Virus record (IMG/VR): IMGVR_UViG_3300047160_002455
Location: 1-64,000 of that record
Source: a virus
Taxonomy: Duplodnaviria; Caudoviricetes
Length of the DNA: 64,000 bases
Strand: one strand, 5' to 3'
In this document: positions 17,713-26,643 of the stretch, piece by piece
Position numbering within the stretch: position 1 is the first letter of the stretch
Layout of the letters: every line of letters begins with the position of its first letter
Program-made: the position numbers and the translations under genes
The notes under the pieces: model-generated
The model's input: the letters and a program-made list of their open reading frames with translations, nothing else
The model's database searches: none
What the model was told of the DNA's origin: nothing

Positions 17713-18316
17713 AGAGCGCAACCTTCTGAGCACCTACGTCCCGTCAGTGCAGACGGTCGGAGGGGCGGTGCTGCAGCCCAGTGGCGTGCTGCAGCTTATT
17801 CCGCAAGATGCTTTCCCGGTTTATTACATGATCGAACCGGGTGAGGTCTACTACCGCGATACGTACATCCTCACACACCCCGCGCTATTCCCCGATCATT
17901 GGGCGCATACGGACTTTAATCAGGCGCAGGTGCGGGGCATCGTCTATATCGGCAACGGAGTACAAACGAATTACAGCAACTGGACTACCATCCCTGACCT
18001 GGACATCGTCGTTTCCAGCGGCAGCTTTGTATTGGGCGGCATCGGCAGCTACAGCAACTTGGTGCTCACGGACGGTTACCCAACGGCGCGGGTACCATCG
18101 GGCGGTGGGGATTTGATCGGACGCGCCACCTACAACGATCTGACCGCTGGACCGGGGCAGAACATTGCCGTGGGCAGCTGGAATCCTCACTCCATCATGG
18201 TCTACAACATTTTCCACGGCACCACGATCTACGACGATAACGCACCGGAGACGATTAACTACTTGGATGCCGCCTTTGCCCAATTGGCGCAGGAGGGCAA
18301 ACCGTGGATGGCATGA
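17690..18316 (+). CDS. Hypothetical protein with N-terminal LEPRxLL-like motif
   Basis: Starts MLKLEPLEERNLLS, typical of planctomycete exported proteins. Confidence 0.6.
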   Translation: MLKLEPLEERNLLSTYVPSVQTVGGAVLQPSGVLQLIPQDAFPVYYMIEPGEVYYRDTYILTHPALFPDHWAHTDFNQAQVRGIVYIGNGVQTNYSNWTTIPDLDIVVSSGSFVLGGIGSYSNLVLTDGYPTARVPSGGGDLIGRATYNDLTAGPGQNIAVGSWNPHSIMVYNIFHGTTIYDDNAPETINYLDAAFAQLAQEGKPWMA

Positions 18317-18399
18317 TGGTGTTCATCCTGCTTGGTATCCCGTTGCTAGTTCTGGCGGTGATATTCATTGCTGAATATTTCCTGACCAAACGTGATTGA
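18313..18399 (+). CDS. Single-TM peptide (28 aa)
   Basis: MMVFILLGIPLLVLAVIFIAEYFLTKRD; ATGA overlap with upstream gene. Confidence 0.5.
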   Translation: MMVFILLGIPLLVLAVIFIAEYFLTKRD

Positions 18400-18943
18400 G
18401 ACAACCTGGACCCGATGGCTGACCGCTTTATGGTTGCTGACTTTGCCGGTGGATTCGGAGAAGCTGCCCGCGCCGAACTTATTCACGGAGGTGCAGAATG
18501 CTGCGGTTCAGCTGCAGCTAATGGATTGGCACCAGCGCAGCATGATACTGTACCGCTTCGGGGACGTTGTCGGTGACATGCGTTTGTTGCGCGTGTATTA
18601 CCGAGACCTACGTGGCGCGCCATTGGTGCAGGACGCAGACGAGTTTCCCGACTGTAAACAGACCGATGAAGCGCTGAACTTCAATCGGAACTTTCGGACA
18701 TGGTTGACACGTAGACGGGACATGGACCTGACGCGCTACGACTATTACAAGGAGATCATCAAGGAGACTGACAGGCTGTACGACTTTTGGGACACGCTGC
18801 GGGATGCCAACCGCGAATACTACTATGTCGGCACCCGTCGTAGCGCGCTGAAAAGGTTGCGAGGTTTGCTTGGAGACGAATGCTACTACCGAAGAGAAAT
18901 GCCGCCCCCTGCACCGTACTGGAGATTCCAACGGATCGACTGA
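18392..18943 (+). CDS. Hypothetical exported protein
   Basis: Signal-like N-terminus; operon continuity. Confidence 0.5.
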   Translation: MIETTWTRWLTALWLLTLPVDSEKLPAPNLFTEVQNAAVQLQLMDWHQRSMILYRFGDVVGDMRLLRVYYRDLRGAPLVQDADEFPDCKQTDEALNFNRNFRTWLTRRRDMDLTRYDYYKEIIKETDRLYDFWDTLRDANREYYYVGTRRSALKRLRGLLGDECYYRREMPPPAPYWRFQRID

Positions 18944-18944
18944 A

Positions 18945-19121
18945 GTGGTCAGACCGCGCTTTTGGGTGTTCAAGGGTTTGGACGTTGCGATTGCTCTTGT
19001 AGTGTTCGGATTCATCCACGTATATTGTTCTGTGGATGCGTTTACAAGCGCGCTTCTGACCTTCGCTGTCTTGCTGCTCTGTTGGGCACTGGAACTTGTC
19101 TACGAGGGTCTAGGACCATGA
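18945..19121 (+). CDS. Two-TM small protein (holin candidate)
   Basis: Two hydrophobic segments in 58 aa; GTG just after the upstream stop. Confidence 0.4.
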   Translation: MVRPRFWVFKGLDVAIALVVFGFIHVYCSVDAFTSALLTFAVLLLCWALELVYEGLGP

Positions 19122-19378
19122 CCATGCGAGTCAGGGAAGTGAAGGGAATCTCCAGCACCGTGCAGATGCTGGACAGCGACCATGAACTCTACATCCTTGA
19201 GTTCCAGGTCGGCACGGAAAAGGTTGGCATTCCCCTATCGCTCCACTGTGAACAGAAGCCCAGCGAAGAATGGGTCCGCAAATCGGAAGGGTGGCTCGAT
19301 TGCTTGGTGCATTTGGCAAACAAGGGTCTTGAGGTGGTAGCCCCATCCCAAAACCCGTTTTACAAGATTCGCTCATGA
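19118..19378 (+). CDS. Hypothetical protein
   Basis: ATGA overlaps at both ends. Confidence 0.5.
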   Translation: MTMRVREVKGISSTVQMLDSDHELYILEFQVGTEKVGIPLSLHCEQKPSEEWVRKSEGWLDCLVHLANKGLEVVAPSQNPFYKIRS

Positions 19379-19770
19379 ACACGATTGTACTTTGCGCTGC
19401 CTTAACTCTGGGGATGCTTCATCCCGCGCAGTGACACGGCGGCGGTTGCGCCCCCAGTTTCGGGGGCGGCGGTGGGTTTGGCGGTGGGGGTGGGTTTGGC
19501 ATCGGCATCGGCGCGGGTCCGCAGTTCGGGGGCGGCTACGCTGCTCCGCAGTTTGGTGGTGGTTACTACGATGGAGGGAGCATCCCGTATTTCCCCCCTC
19601 CGGTGCAACAGTGTTACCCGCGCTGGGTGCAGATCAACACGTACTGTTGGTACTGGATCAACGGCAATGATTTGATCGCTGCCTACTATCCGGGTCTCGA
19701 CGCTTACTACCAATACGACCGATATTACCGGCGCTGGGGACCGAGAATGGGGCATCCGTGGGGAAGATAA
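19375..19770 (+). pseudogene. Secreted Gly/Tyr-rich protein interrupted by in-frame TGA at codon 20 (pseudogene, readthrough or Sec)
   Basis: MNTIVLCAALTLGMLHPAQ-TGA(19432-34)-HGGGCAPSFGGGGGF...RWGPRMGHPWGR-TAA; coupled to both neighbours. Confidence 0.65.
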
Positions 19771-20420
19771 TCGCAGCACTAATCGCGGCACTTGTTGCCT
19801 TTGCGTTGGCAAGAGGTCAGGGACCAAAGGACGCGGTTGTCCGGATGCCCAGCCATGGCTGCAGCGCTACGGTGATTTACTCCGCGCCGGGAATGACTTA
19901 CCTACTCGGATGTGGGCACGCTTACGACGCGGAGCATGGACAGAGCATGAGGAGCAAGAGGATGACTTTCGACATTCCGACCACCGCGCAGCTAGGCGCG
20001 GGGCAGACGGCGCGTCCTCCCCAGTACCTGATTGCCAGAGACCCTCGATGGGACTTGGCACTGGTGCGCGTCGATGCCGGTCCGTTTCCCTACGTCTGTC
20101 CAGTGGTCGGTGCCGGTTACAACCCCGTGGGGCGGAGAATCGTTTCCGTGGGGTATGACGAGATGCGTCTACCGGTGACCGTGCGCACGGCAACGGTCAC
20201 GCGCCTATCCGGGGGGCAGGTGTTTACCAGGGAACCACCGTGGCACGGTCGCTCAGGGGGCAGTTTAATCGACGTGGACCTGGGATGCCTCGTGGGTGTG
20301 TGTAGCGGTTACGCGGGCAATCCAGGGATGGCAGCGCGGGAGAGTCCCTTGGGCGGACCGGGTATCTACGTCAGCCACACGGCAGTGCGCTCCTTTCTGT
20401 CCCATTATGGTTGGAGGTAG
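19758..20420 (+). CDS. Secreted trypsin-like serine protease
   Basis: Signal peptide; catalytic triad GCGH / WDLAL / GRSGGSL. Confidence 0.85.
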   Translation: MGKIIAALIAALVAFALARGQGPKDAVVRMPSHGCSATVIYSAPGMTYLLGCGHAYDAEHGQSMRSKRMTFDIPTTAQLGAGQTARPPQYLIARDPRWDLALVRVDAGPFPYVCPVVGAGYNPVGRRIVSVGYDEMRLPVTVRTATVTRLSGGQVFTREPPWHGRSGGSLIDVDLGCLVGVCSGYAGNPGMAARESPLGGPGIYVSHTAVRSFLSHYGWR

Positions 20421-20422
20421 CA

Positions 20423-20680
20423 ATGACAGAGAACGAACTGAGCTATGCCGATCTGCAGCTGCTGCAGAGGTTGCGGCAGATGGTCGGAGAAAACAAGGAT
20501 GCGGTCGAGGTGGGCGCGCCGCCACAAGAGGATATCCCGCTACACGCGCGCCACGCGCGCTACCTGCGCGAGAAGCAGAAAGAGCTAGAAGCTGAGTATG
20601 AGATGTTGGATAGGGGCGGCAACGATTCCAAGGGCACGGAATCGTGGACCGCGCTAATGCGCGTCTTAGGTAGACGCTAA
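20423..20680 (+). CDS. Hypothetical protein
   Basis: SD ggaggt before ATG. Confidence 0.55.
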   Translation: MTENELSYADLQLLQRLRQMVGENKDAVEVGAPPQEDIPLHARHARYLREKQKELEAEYEMLDRGGNDSKGTESWTALMRVLGRR

Positions 20681-20696
20681 ACCAAAGGGGCACACC

Positions 20697-21362
20697 ATGA
20701 AGTTCTATCTGTACGCGGGTCTGCTGATTCTTGGTTTCGCTGGAGGCATGGCAACGTGCCTATTGCAAGCGACTGCGCAGGGACAGCACAGGGACTACGA
20801 CCGCTACTATCCTCCAGTGGCGGCAGTGTCTGAGAGTCGGCAACGCGATTGTCCATGTGGGCAGAGTTGCTTGTGCGCAAACTGCCAGTGTCTTAGCAAG
20901 TCAACCAAAGCGAACTACGTGCCCGCGCCGGGTGTGACGGCACTGCGCACGGCAAGCGGCATCGTTGTTAGTGTTCCTCCTGATTCGTTTCCCTTAACCA
21001 TTGTTATTGGACCACCATCAACCTTAGTTGGAGTACAACCAATGGCACCACAGCCAGGACAACTACCAAGCGGTCCGCCACCGGGACAGCCAGGTCAACT
21101 ACCTAGCACTCCCCCACCGGCGCAGCCTGGGCAGCTACCTAGTGGTCCTCCAGGGGAGCCGACGCAACCGATTGCGCCTCCTCCGGGTGGGACACCAGAG
21201 CATCCGATTGCACCTACTCCTCCGGGATCACCGTCGCAGCCGATTGCGCCGCCCCCACAACCAGGACAACTACCGAGTGGTCCTCCAACGCCCGCGCCGA
21301 AGCAGGGGATGGCACCGCCCGTGCGCTGGGCACCGGATATGGGTTACCAACGCAAGTATTAA
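20697..21362 (+). CDS. Secreted Pro-rich repeat protein
   Basis: Signal peptide, CPCGQSCLCANCQC, PGQLPSGPP and QPIAPP repeats. Confidence 0.7.
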   Translation: MKFYLYAGLLILGFAGGMATCLLQATAQGQHRDYDRYYPPVAAVSESRQRDCPCGQSCLCANCQCLSKSTKANYVPAPGVTALRTASGIVVSVPPDSFPLTIVIGPPSTLVGVQPMAPQPGQLPSGPPPGQPGQLPSTPPPAQPGQLPSGPPGEPTQPIAPPPGGTPEHPIAPTPPGSPSQPIAPPPQPGQLPSGPPTPAPKQGMAPPVRWAPDMGYQRKY

Positions 21363-21367
21363 GTGAG

Positions 21368-22135
21368 GTGAACCAAATGAGAATGATTTTGTGTGCAAGT
21401 CTATTGCTAGCGCTGCCTATGCCCGCGTTAGCGGACACACCGACATGCGGTTTGTTCGGTGGCTGGCGCGATAGGATCGAGTTCCGACTGGATCGACAGG
21501 ACCGCCGCATCGACCGCCTGGAGGACCGCTTCGGATGGGGCGGACCGGGTATCAACTTCGGTGGAGGCTATGGTGGTCCGGGTATCGGGTTCGGTGGAGG
21601 AGGACCACCGCTCATCAACCAGCCGATTATCGAGAACCCGATTACCAATCCGGGACCGTCGCAGCCGATCTTTCAACCGCCTGCGTTTCCGTCGCAGCCG
21701 ATTTATCAGCCACCGGTCGCACCAGTGCAGCCGATCTATCAGCCACCGGTACCGATCCAGCTACCAGCGCAGCCGATCTATGAGCAACCAGTCGCGCCGG
21801 TGCAGCCGATCTACACACCACCGGTCGGTGTGCAGCCTATATGGGCACCACCTGCTATCCCCCAGTGGCAGGGATTCTCCCCGTTTGTTCCTCCGGGGAT
21901 AGGTGCCCAACCCTTTAGCCTGGATTTGTCTCTCAGGAACAACCAAGGATGGGGCGGATGGGGCGGCAGGATGTGGGAGGATACGCGCCGGGCACCTCCA
22001 GCGCGCCCAGCCGGTGGGACAATGCCACCAGCGCCGGGTGCAAGACTGTCTCCACCTGTAGCGCTGCAAGCCGCTGGAGGTCGCTACGGCGCGCCGCCCA
22101 ACGGGTACATGCGCCTAACCAACCAGTGGAGATGA
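21368..22135 (+). CDS. Secreted Gly/Pro-rich repeat protein
   Basis: Signal peptide; repeated QPIYQPP; SD gaggtg. Confidence 0.7.
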   Translation: MNQMRMILCASLLLALPMPALADTPTCGLFGGWRDRIEFRLDRQDRRIDRLEDRFGWGGPGINFGGGYGGPGIGFGGGGPPLINQPIIENPITNPGPSQPIFQPPAFPSQPIYQPPVAPVQPIYQPPVPIQLPAQPIYEQPVAPVQPIYTPPVGVQPIWAPPAIPQWQGFSPFVPPGIGAQPFSLDLSLRNNQGWGGWGGRMWEDTRRAPPARPAGGTMPPAPGARLSPPVALQAAGGRYGAPPNGYMRLTNQWR

Positions 22136-22443
22136 TACGAGCGCTGCTGTGGCTCTTTATTGTTGCCGTAGCGGTCTTGGACACCGGGTTTTCATGGAGG
22201 CACGCAAAGGAATGTTACGAGATGCCGTATGAGATATCGCTGGAGGACAACCCGGTGCCGCGCTGGGCATTTGCACTGGCAGGGATGCCGGGGGTGACCC
22301 TCTACCGCTGGGCATGGTTGGGGTTCGCTTGGGTCATGAGCACTGCCAAGGTTCGGCAAGCGAAATACGTTCTTCCCGTTTGGACCGTAGGACATGGTCT
22401 GTTACTGGTGTTGCTAGTTTGGACAGTCATGATGCTGCGATGA
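22132..22443 (+). CDS. Multi-TM membrane protein
   Basis: MIRALLWLFIVAVAVLDT...; three hydrophobic segments. Confidence 0.55.
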   Translation: MIRALLWLFIVAVAVLDTGFSWRHAKECYEMPYEISLEDNPVPRWAFALAGMPGVTLYRWAWLGFAWVMSTAKVRQAKYVLPVWTVGHGLLLVLLVWTVMMLR

Positions 22444-22664
22444 AACCGTTGCCAGCTGCGCTTGCATCCATTCGCAAAGCGTATGAGCTAGGTGCTCACG
22501 TAGAGCAGATTACCGTTTACGGACTGACGGAGGAATCGGCGCGGTACCTCGTCGCATGGCTGGACCAGAACGGAATCGAGCACAAGGGAACCGCGAGTAG
22601 TCAGGGAAGGCGCTGCGTTCCCTTGTGCTTCCCTAAACCCAAGGATGTAGACAACGATATTTAA
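22440..22664 (+). CDS. Small hypothetical protein
   Basis: ATGA overlap with upstream gene. Confidence 0.45.
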   Translation: MKPLPAALASIRKAYELGAHVEQITVYGLTEESARYLVAWLDQNGIEHKGTASSQGRRCVPLCFPKPKDVDNDI

Positions 22665-22668
22665 GGAC

Positions 22669-22728
22669 GCTCAACTCGGTGTTGAGCCGCCAGAGAGGGG
22701 AGGGGGTTTTTGACTGCGCCCCCTCCCC
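22669..22728 (+). other. Two tandem hairpins in the spacer before the head-tail connector gene
   Basis: GCTCAAC-N5-GTTGAGC and GGGGAGGGGG-N12-CCCCCTCCCC. Confidence 0.55.
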
Positions 22729-22746
22729 AGTTGAACAGAGGTAGCG

Positions 22747-23193
22747 ATGGCGCAACGTACCACGCTTGCCCAAGTCCAGACGCGCTTGCAGCGGGATTAC
22801 GACTACAACCGTAATCCGGATTTGCAGCAAGCGATTGATATGGCAAGTCCAATGGTGGACGAGATTGCCAGCTACGCTAGTACGTTGGTCGCGTATCAGG
22901 TAATCCCGATGCCGACCTCGCGCCTGGAGCTAATCGAGCGGAATCTAGCTTGTCACTTCTACGTCATGAGTGACCAGCCCTATTCCAGCAACTCGACTTC
23001 GGGCGCGAGCGCGAGCTACCAGGGTCAGACGAAGATGTATTTGGAGGCAAGTAAGTATGGACAGATGGCAATAACGATGGACAGTAGCGGATGGCTCCGC
23101 GCTATGTACGCAACGGACACCCCGAAAGTTGCGAACGCGCTCTGGCTGGGTAAGAACCCCAGCGACCAAATCGACTACATCTATCGGAGGTGA
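22747..23193 (+). CDS. Head-tail connector/adaptor
   Basis: LELIERNLACHF...SGASASY...ASKYGQMAITMD pattern; position. Confidence 0.7.
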   Translation: MAQRTTLAQVQTRLQRDYDYNRNPDLQQAIDMASPMVDEIASYASTLVAYQVIPMPTSRLELIERNLACHFYVMSDQPYSSNSTSGASASYQGQTKMYLEASKYGQMAITMDSSGWLRAMYATDTPKVANALWLGKNPSDQIDYIYRR

Positions 23194-23196
23194 ACC

Positions 23197-23283
23197 ATGA
23201 CTTGGCTTACGAGTGTCGGGCTGCTCATTGTTCTATTGGTGCTTCTGCTTGCGTGCCTCTGGTACTGGGACCGGAAGGAATGA
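23197..23283 (+). CDS. Single-TM peptide (28 aa)
   Basis: MTWLTSVGLLIVLLVLLLACLWYWDRKE; SD ggaggtg. Confidence 0.55.
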   Translation: MTWLTSVGLLIVLLVLLLACLWYWDRKE

Positions 23284-23286
23284 TAA

Positions 23287-23712
23287 ATGCCGCCCCCAGA
23301 GGAAGCGGATCTGTTCCAAGACACGGTCGTGTTTCCGTCCATCATGGTTGGTCGGAAAATGCCGATGTCTGCGGGCTATCCGCAGACCAATATCGAGGGT
23401 GAGGTTGTAGTCGGACCGCCCTATCAAATTCAGTGCCGGTGGATATGGAAGCGCAGTCAAGCGATGGACAGTCAAGGAAACGTGCAGGCAATTGATGTGA
23501 CGGTGATTACCGCCCAAGAGGTTTTCGTCGGCAGCAAGCTGTTGTTGGGTGTGCTGGAGGATTGGGTCGGAACCGGGACGGGGACGGATGAGGACGGCAT
23601 GGAAATGATGGAGGTGGTCAGCTACGACGAAACCCCGGACGAAAAGCGGCAATGTGTACGTCGGCAGTTGGCATGTAAGAAGTTCCGTGGCAACTTACCC
23701 ACGATGCCCTAA
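23287..23712 (+). CDS. Head closure protein
   Basis: Position; PYQIQCRW pattern. Confidence 0.55.
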   Translation: MPPPEEADLFQDTVVFPSIMVGRKMPMSAGYPQTNIEGEVVVGPPYQIQCRWIWKRSQAMDSQGNVQAIDVTVITAQEVFVGSKLLLGVLEDWVGTGTGTDEDGMEMMEVVSYDETPDEKRQCVRRQLACKKFRGNLPTMP

Positions 23713-24122
23713 TGGCGCAGATACTCGGATTGAACCAAGTCCGCGCTAAACTAGGTGCTCTTATACAAGAGGCACATGCCGCGAACGTCTGTGTCGTTGT
23801 GGGCTACACCGCTGCCTATGCTTTGTACGTTCACGAGAACATTGAGATGAAGCTGCGCGGGCAACCGCGTCCGCGCCGTTTGGGAATGGAACATGGCAAG
23901 TATTGGGATCCACAGGGACAAGCGCAAGCAAAGTTCCTCGAACAACCGGCGCGGCAGTATGCCAGCCAGATCGGGCGAATTGTGATAACCGCATACGGAC
24001 GCACTAGGAACATGGCGCAGTCGCTGATTATGGGCGGTTTGTTCCTGCAGCGGGAAAGCATGAAGTTAGTCCCGGTGGACACCGGCAACCTGCGCGCTTC
24101 GGCATTCACGAGGGTGGAGTAA
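23712..24122 (+). CDS. HK97 gp10-like tail completion protein
   Basis: YALYVHE...QAKFLEQP...VPVDTGNLRASA. Confidence 0.8.
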   Translation: MAQILGLNQVRAKLGALIQEAHAANVCVVVGYTAAYALYVHENIEMKLRGQPRPRRLGMEHGKYWDPQGQAQAKFLEQPARQYASQIGRIVITAYGRTRNMAQSLIMGGLFLQRESMKLVPVDTGNLRASAFTRVE

Positions 24123-24832
24123 TGGACATTAACTGGGCAGTCGTTGGTCTATGTTTCAACGCGCCCCACTTCCTACTGCTGGCGCGGGGAACTGGAGAAG
24201 TGGAACCGCTCCTCCAAGTTGCCAACACGGAGAAGGAACACTACGAAACGGTGTCACTAAGGAAGGTCGCTGCAATCAAGGCATTTGCCGTCAACCAGAA
24301 TCTTGAGGCAGAAGCAAAGGACTGGCTGCAGCGCAAAGGTTGCCCCGCTGCCGATGCTGGCAATGGGGCGGTCATGATCTTAGACATGCTCACGCGCGCG
24401 GGCATGATAGACACCCCAGCGAAAAGTGTCCTCGACATTACGGGTAAGGATGTGCTGCCGGACAGTCGCTTGGGTAGCGACCTGGGGTCGATGATGATGG
24501 ACTGGACCAATCCCGTTACGGGTGAGGTCCACCGTATCGAGGTTGTGCCCACCTTCTGCGCCAACTGTGGCGTGCAAAATCCTTACTACGTTCCCAAAGA
24601 AAACTGTGTCTGGACATTCTGGTTATGTGAGAACTGCGCCGCGACTTACGGTGCCATCGCGGGCACTTACACGGAATCCGATAAAGCGTTTTGGGCAAAG
24701 GTCCAGGCGGAGATGATCGAACACTATGGTCACATCTTGAATCAAGAGGAGCTAGCGCGCTTACAAGATCAAGACTGGGGACCACTGGCGAGTCTCATAA
24801 AGGAGTCACCGATCAAGAGCGGTGACAAATAG
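24122..24832 (+). CDS. Hypothetical protein with CxxC...CxxC zinc ribbon
   Basis: FCANCG...LCENCA. Confidence 0.55.
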   Translation: MDINWAVVGLCFNAPHFLLLARGTGEVEPLLQVANTEKEHYETVSLRKVAAIKAFAVNQNLEAEAKDWLQRKGCPAADAGNGAVMILDMLTRAGMIDTPAKSVLDITGKDVLPDSRLGSDLGSMMMDWTNPVTGEVHRIEVVPTFCANCGVQNPYYVPKENCVWTFWLCENCAATYGAIAGTYTESDKAFWAKVQAEMIEHYGHILNQEELARLQDQDWGPLASLIKESPIKSGDK

Positions 24833-24834
24833 CT

Positions 24835-25647
24835 ATGCCAATACCAAGGAACAAGACTGGTGTGTACTGTTGGCTAAACGCTGCCAACGGGAAGCGCTAT
24901 ATCGGTTCTGGGGCGAAGTGCCTCCAAGGACGCAAGGAACATCATCTCAATGACCTAGCGTCCAATAGGCATTGGAATCGGCACTTACAAGCTGCCTGGA
25001 ACAAATACGGCGCGGACCGGTTCCAGTTCTGTGTCTTGGAATACTGCGAGTCCGACCTGTGCCTTGTTAGGGAGCAATACTGGATCGACCACTACCAAGC
25101 TGCGGACCAGCGCTTCGGTTACAACCTTTCACCGACAGCAGGCAGTCCGCTGGGGGTGAGGAGATCGGAGAAAACAAAGAAGCTGATATCGAAGGTCAAG
25201 AAAAAGCAGGGGCTGTCTCCGGAACTGAGACAGAAGATCGTAGCCGCTAATAGAAGGCGACGTGGCACTAAGCGCGGACCTAATAAAGTCCAATCGTCCC
25301 ACAAGGGCAGGAAGTTATCAGCATTGCACAAGGCAGCGCTGGCAGCGGCATGGGTGAGAAGGCGGCGAAAATTTGGCAACAGTGGTTGCGAGAACAGGGA
25401 AGCAGTTACTAGGAAGGCAATTCAGACTAGGTTAGCCAACCCAGCTGCTAGAGGTGAATCACATTGGAACAACCGCCTGAGTAACGAGCAAGTCTTAGAG
25501 ATACACAGGCGCGCGACTTCTGGCGAACCGAATAAAAATCTTGCCGAAGAGTTTGGAATTGATCCGAGCGCAGTAAGCAGGATTAAGTCTGGTAGGCGTC
25601 GGAGTTGGCTTACTGAGACTAAGGTAGAAGCTCCTATTAGAGAGTAA
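24835..25647 (+). CDS. Free-standing GIY-YIG homing endonuclease with NUMOD3-like and HTH domains
   Basis: GVYCWLN...RYIGS...R...H...HLQAAWNKYG...EQYWID...GYNLSPTAGS; C-terminal LAEEFGIDPSAVSRI. Confidence 0.9.
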   Translation: MPIPRNKTGVYCWLNAANGKRYIGSGAKCLQGRKEHHLNDLASNRHWNRHLQAAWNKYGADRFQFCVLEYCESDLCLVREQYWIDHYQAADQRFGYNLSPTAGSPLGVRRSEKTKKLISKVKKKQGLSPELRQKIVAANRRRRGTKRGPNKVQSSHKGRKLSALHKAALAAAWVRRRRKFGNSGCENREAVTRKAIQTRLANPAARGESHWNNRLSNEQVLEIHRRATSGEPNKNLAEEFGIDPSAVSRIKSGRRRSWLTETKVEAPIRE

Positions 25648-25660
25648 AGAGAGGTGACAT

Positions 25661-26167
25661 ATCCCTTACGTCTACAATTTTCAGTCAAAACAAGTCGCTG
25701 AGAACTACGCCACGTCCGGCAGCGGCAACACCGAGATCGACTTTCTGTTTGTCAAACCCGGTGCAACCCGCGCCGTGGGCTTGCTCGCACTGCGCACCCA
25801 AGGCAAGGGTGCTGGTTTGACCGCCCTATCGGGCATTGAAATCCGCATCAAGCAATGGATCAGCACGGCAAGCAGCGGCGGTACCGTCACCACCCCTGCG
25901 CCAGTCGATAAGCGCGCCCCTGCTGCTGCCGCGTCGATGGGGCAAGGCGCAGCGGGCGGTACCGGTGCGGTGACTTCGGGCACAGGCGGTCCCAACTATG
26001 TCGGTGGTACTGGCATGGGCGCAGCGGGTCCGGGTGGCTGGGTCGCGCCGAATGTGGACGCGCCGCCCTTCCTTGATGGCGGTGCCACTATGAGTCACGA
26101 TCTCTTTTCGAGTTCGCCCACAGCGTCGTTGAACTTTGCCTACAACGGAGAAATCACGGAGAGTTAA
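25661..26167 (+). CDS. Virion structural-type protein with apparent non-canonical ATC start
   Basis: SD GAGGTG at 25651-56, then ATC CCT TAC GTC TAC (PYVYNFQSKQ...) in frame with ORF 25775..26167. Confidence 0.6.
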   Translation: MPYVYNFQSKQVAENYATSGSGNTEIDFLFVKPGATRAVGLLALRTQGKGAGLTALSGIEIRIKQWISTASSGGTVTTPAPVDKRAPAAAASMGQGAAGGTGAVTSGTGGPNYVGGTGMGAAGPGGWVAPNVDAPPFLDGGATMSHDLFSSSPTASLNFAYNGEITES

Positions 26168-26169
26168 GC

Positions 26170-26436
26170 ATGGAACGAAACGGTAAATTCCGTCTGGAGG
26201 AAATCCCGGAAGGTTTCCGAGTTTTCCAGGGTGACCAGTTCGTCGCGAACGTGCAGACCAAGGAGCCCTACTACGAGGACATCCCTGTCAAGAATGACAG
26301 CGGCAAACTGGTAGTAAGTCACAACGTCACCCACTGGCGGCTGAAAGAAGGCGGCAGAGACGATTACCTAGTTCACTTGCACCATCCCGCCTTCACCATC
26401 GGGGAGATGACAGAGATATTCGCGCTGCTAGACTAG
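26170..26436 (+). CDS. Hypothetical protein
   Basis: 88 aa; SD ggag. Confidence 0.55.
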   Translation: MERNGKFRLEEIPEGFRVFQGDQFVANVQTKEPYYEDIPVKNDSGKLVVSHNVTHWRLKEGGRDDYLVHLHHPAFTIGEMTEIFALLD

Positions 26437-26437
26437 C

Positions 26438-26643
26438 ATGGCAATTGCGATTGTACAGAACGGTAGCGGCACACAATGTTTGCCGATGGCTCCCCAGGCT
26501 GTACTTGCGCTGACGGCGTTAGCGCGACTATGACCTACGACCCTACAGAAAGCTTAGGGCTTTGCTCAAGGCTTGGCACCCTCGTAAAGCAGACGAGCGT
26601 TCAAGCTTGCTGCTTCACCTGCCCCGATTACAAGGCTAGATAA
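26438..26643 (+). pseudogene. Chimeric remnant: MAIAIVQNGSGT start joined to a fragment of a Cys-rich tip gene
   Basis: First frame stops after 31 aa; second frame 26476..26643 has GCTCADGVSATMTY, similar to GCACCDGVNATMSW in 39429..40928. Confidence 0.5.

Noticed and set aside
21040-21830. Short direct repeats that might be a CRISPR array
   Set aside because: Degenerate, in-frame codon repeats of Pro-rich proteins with no constant repeat/unique spacer pattern
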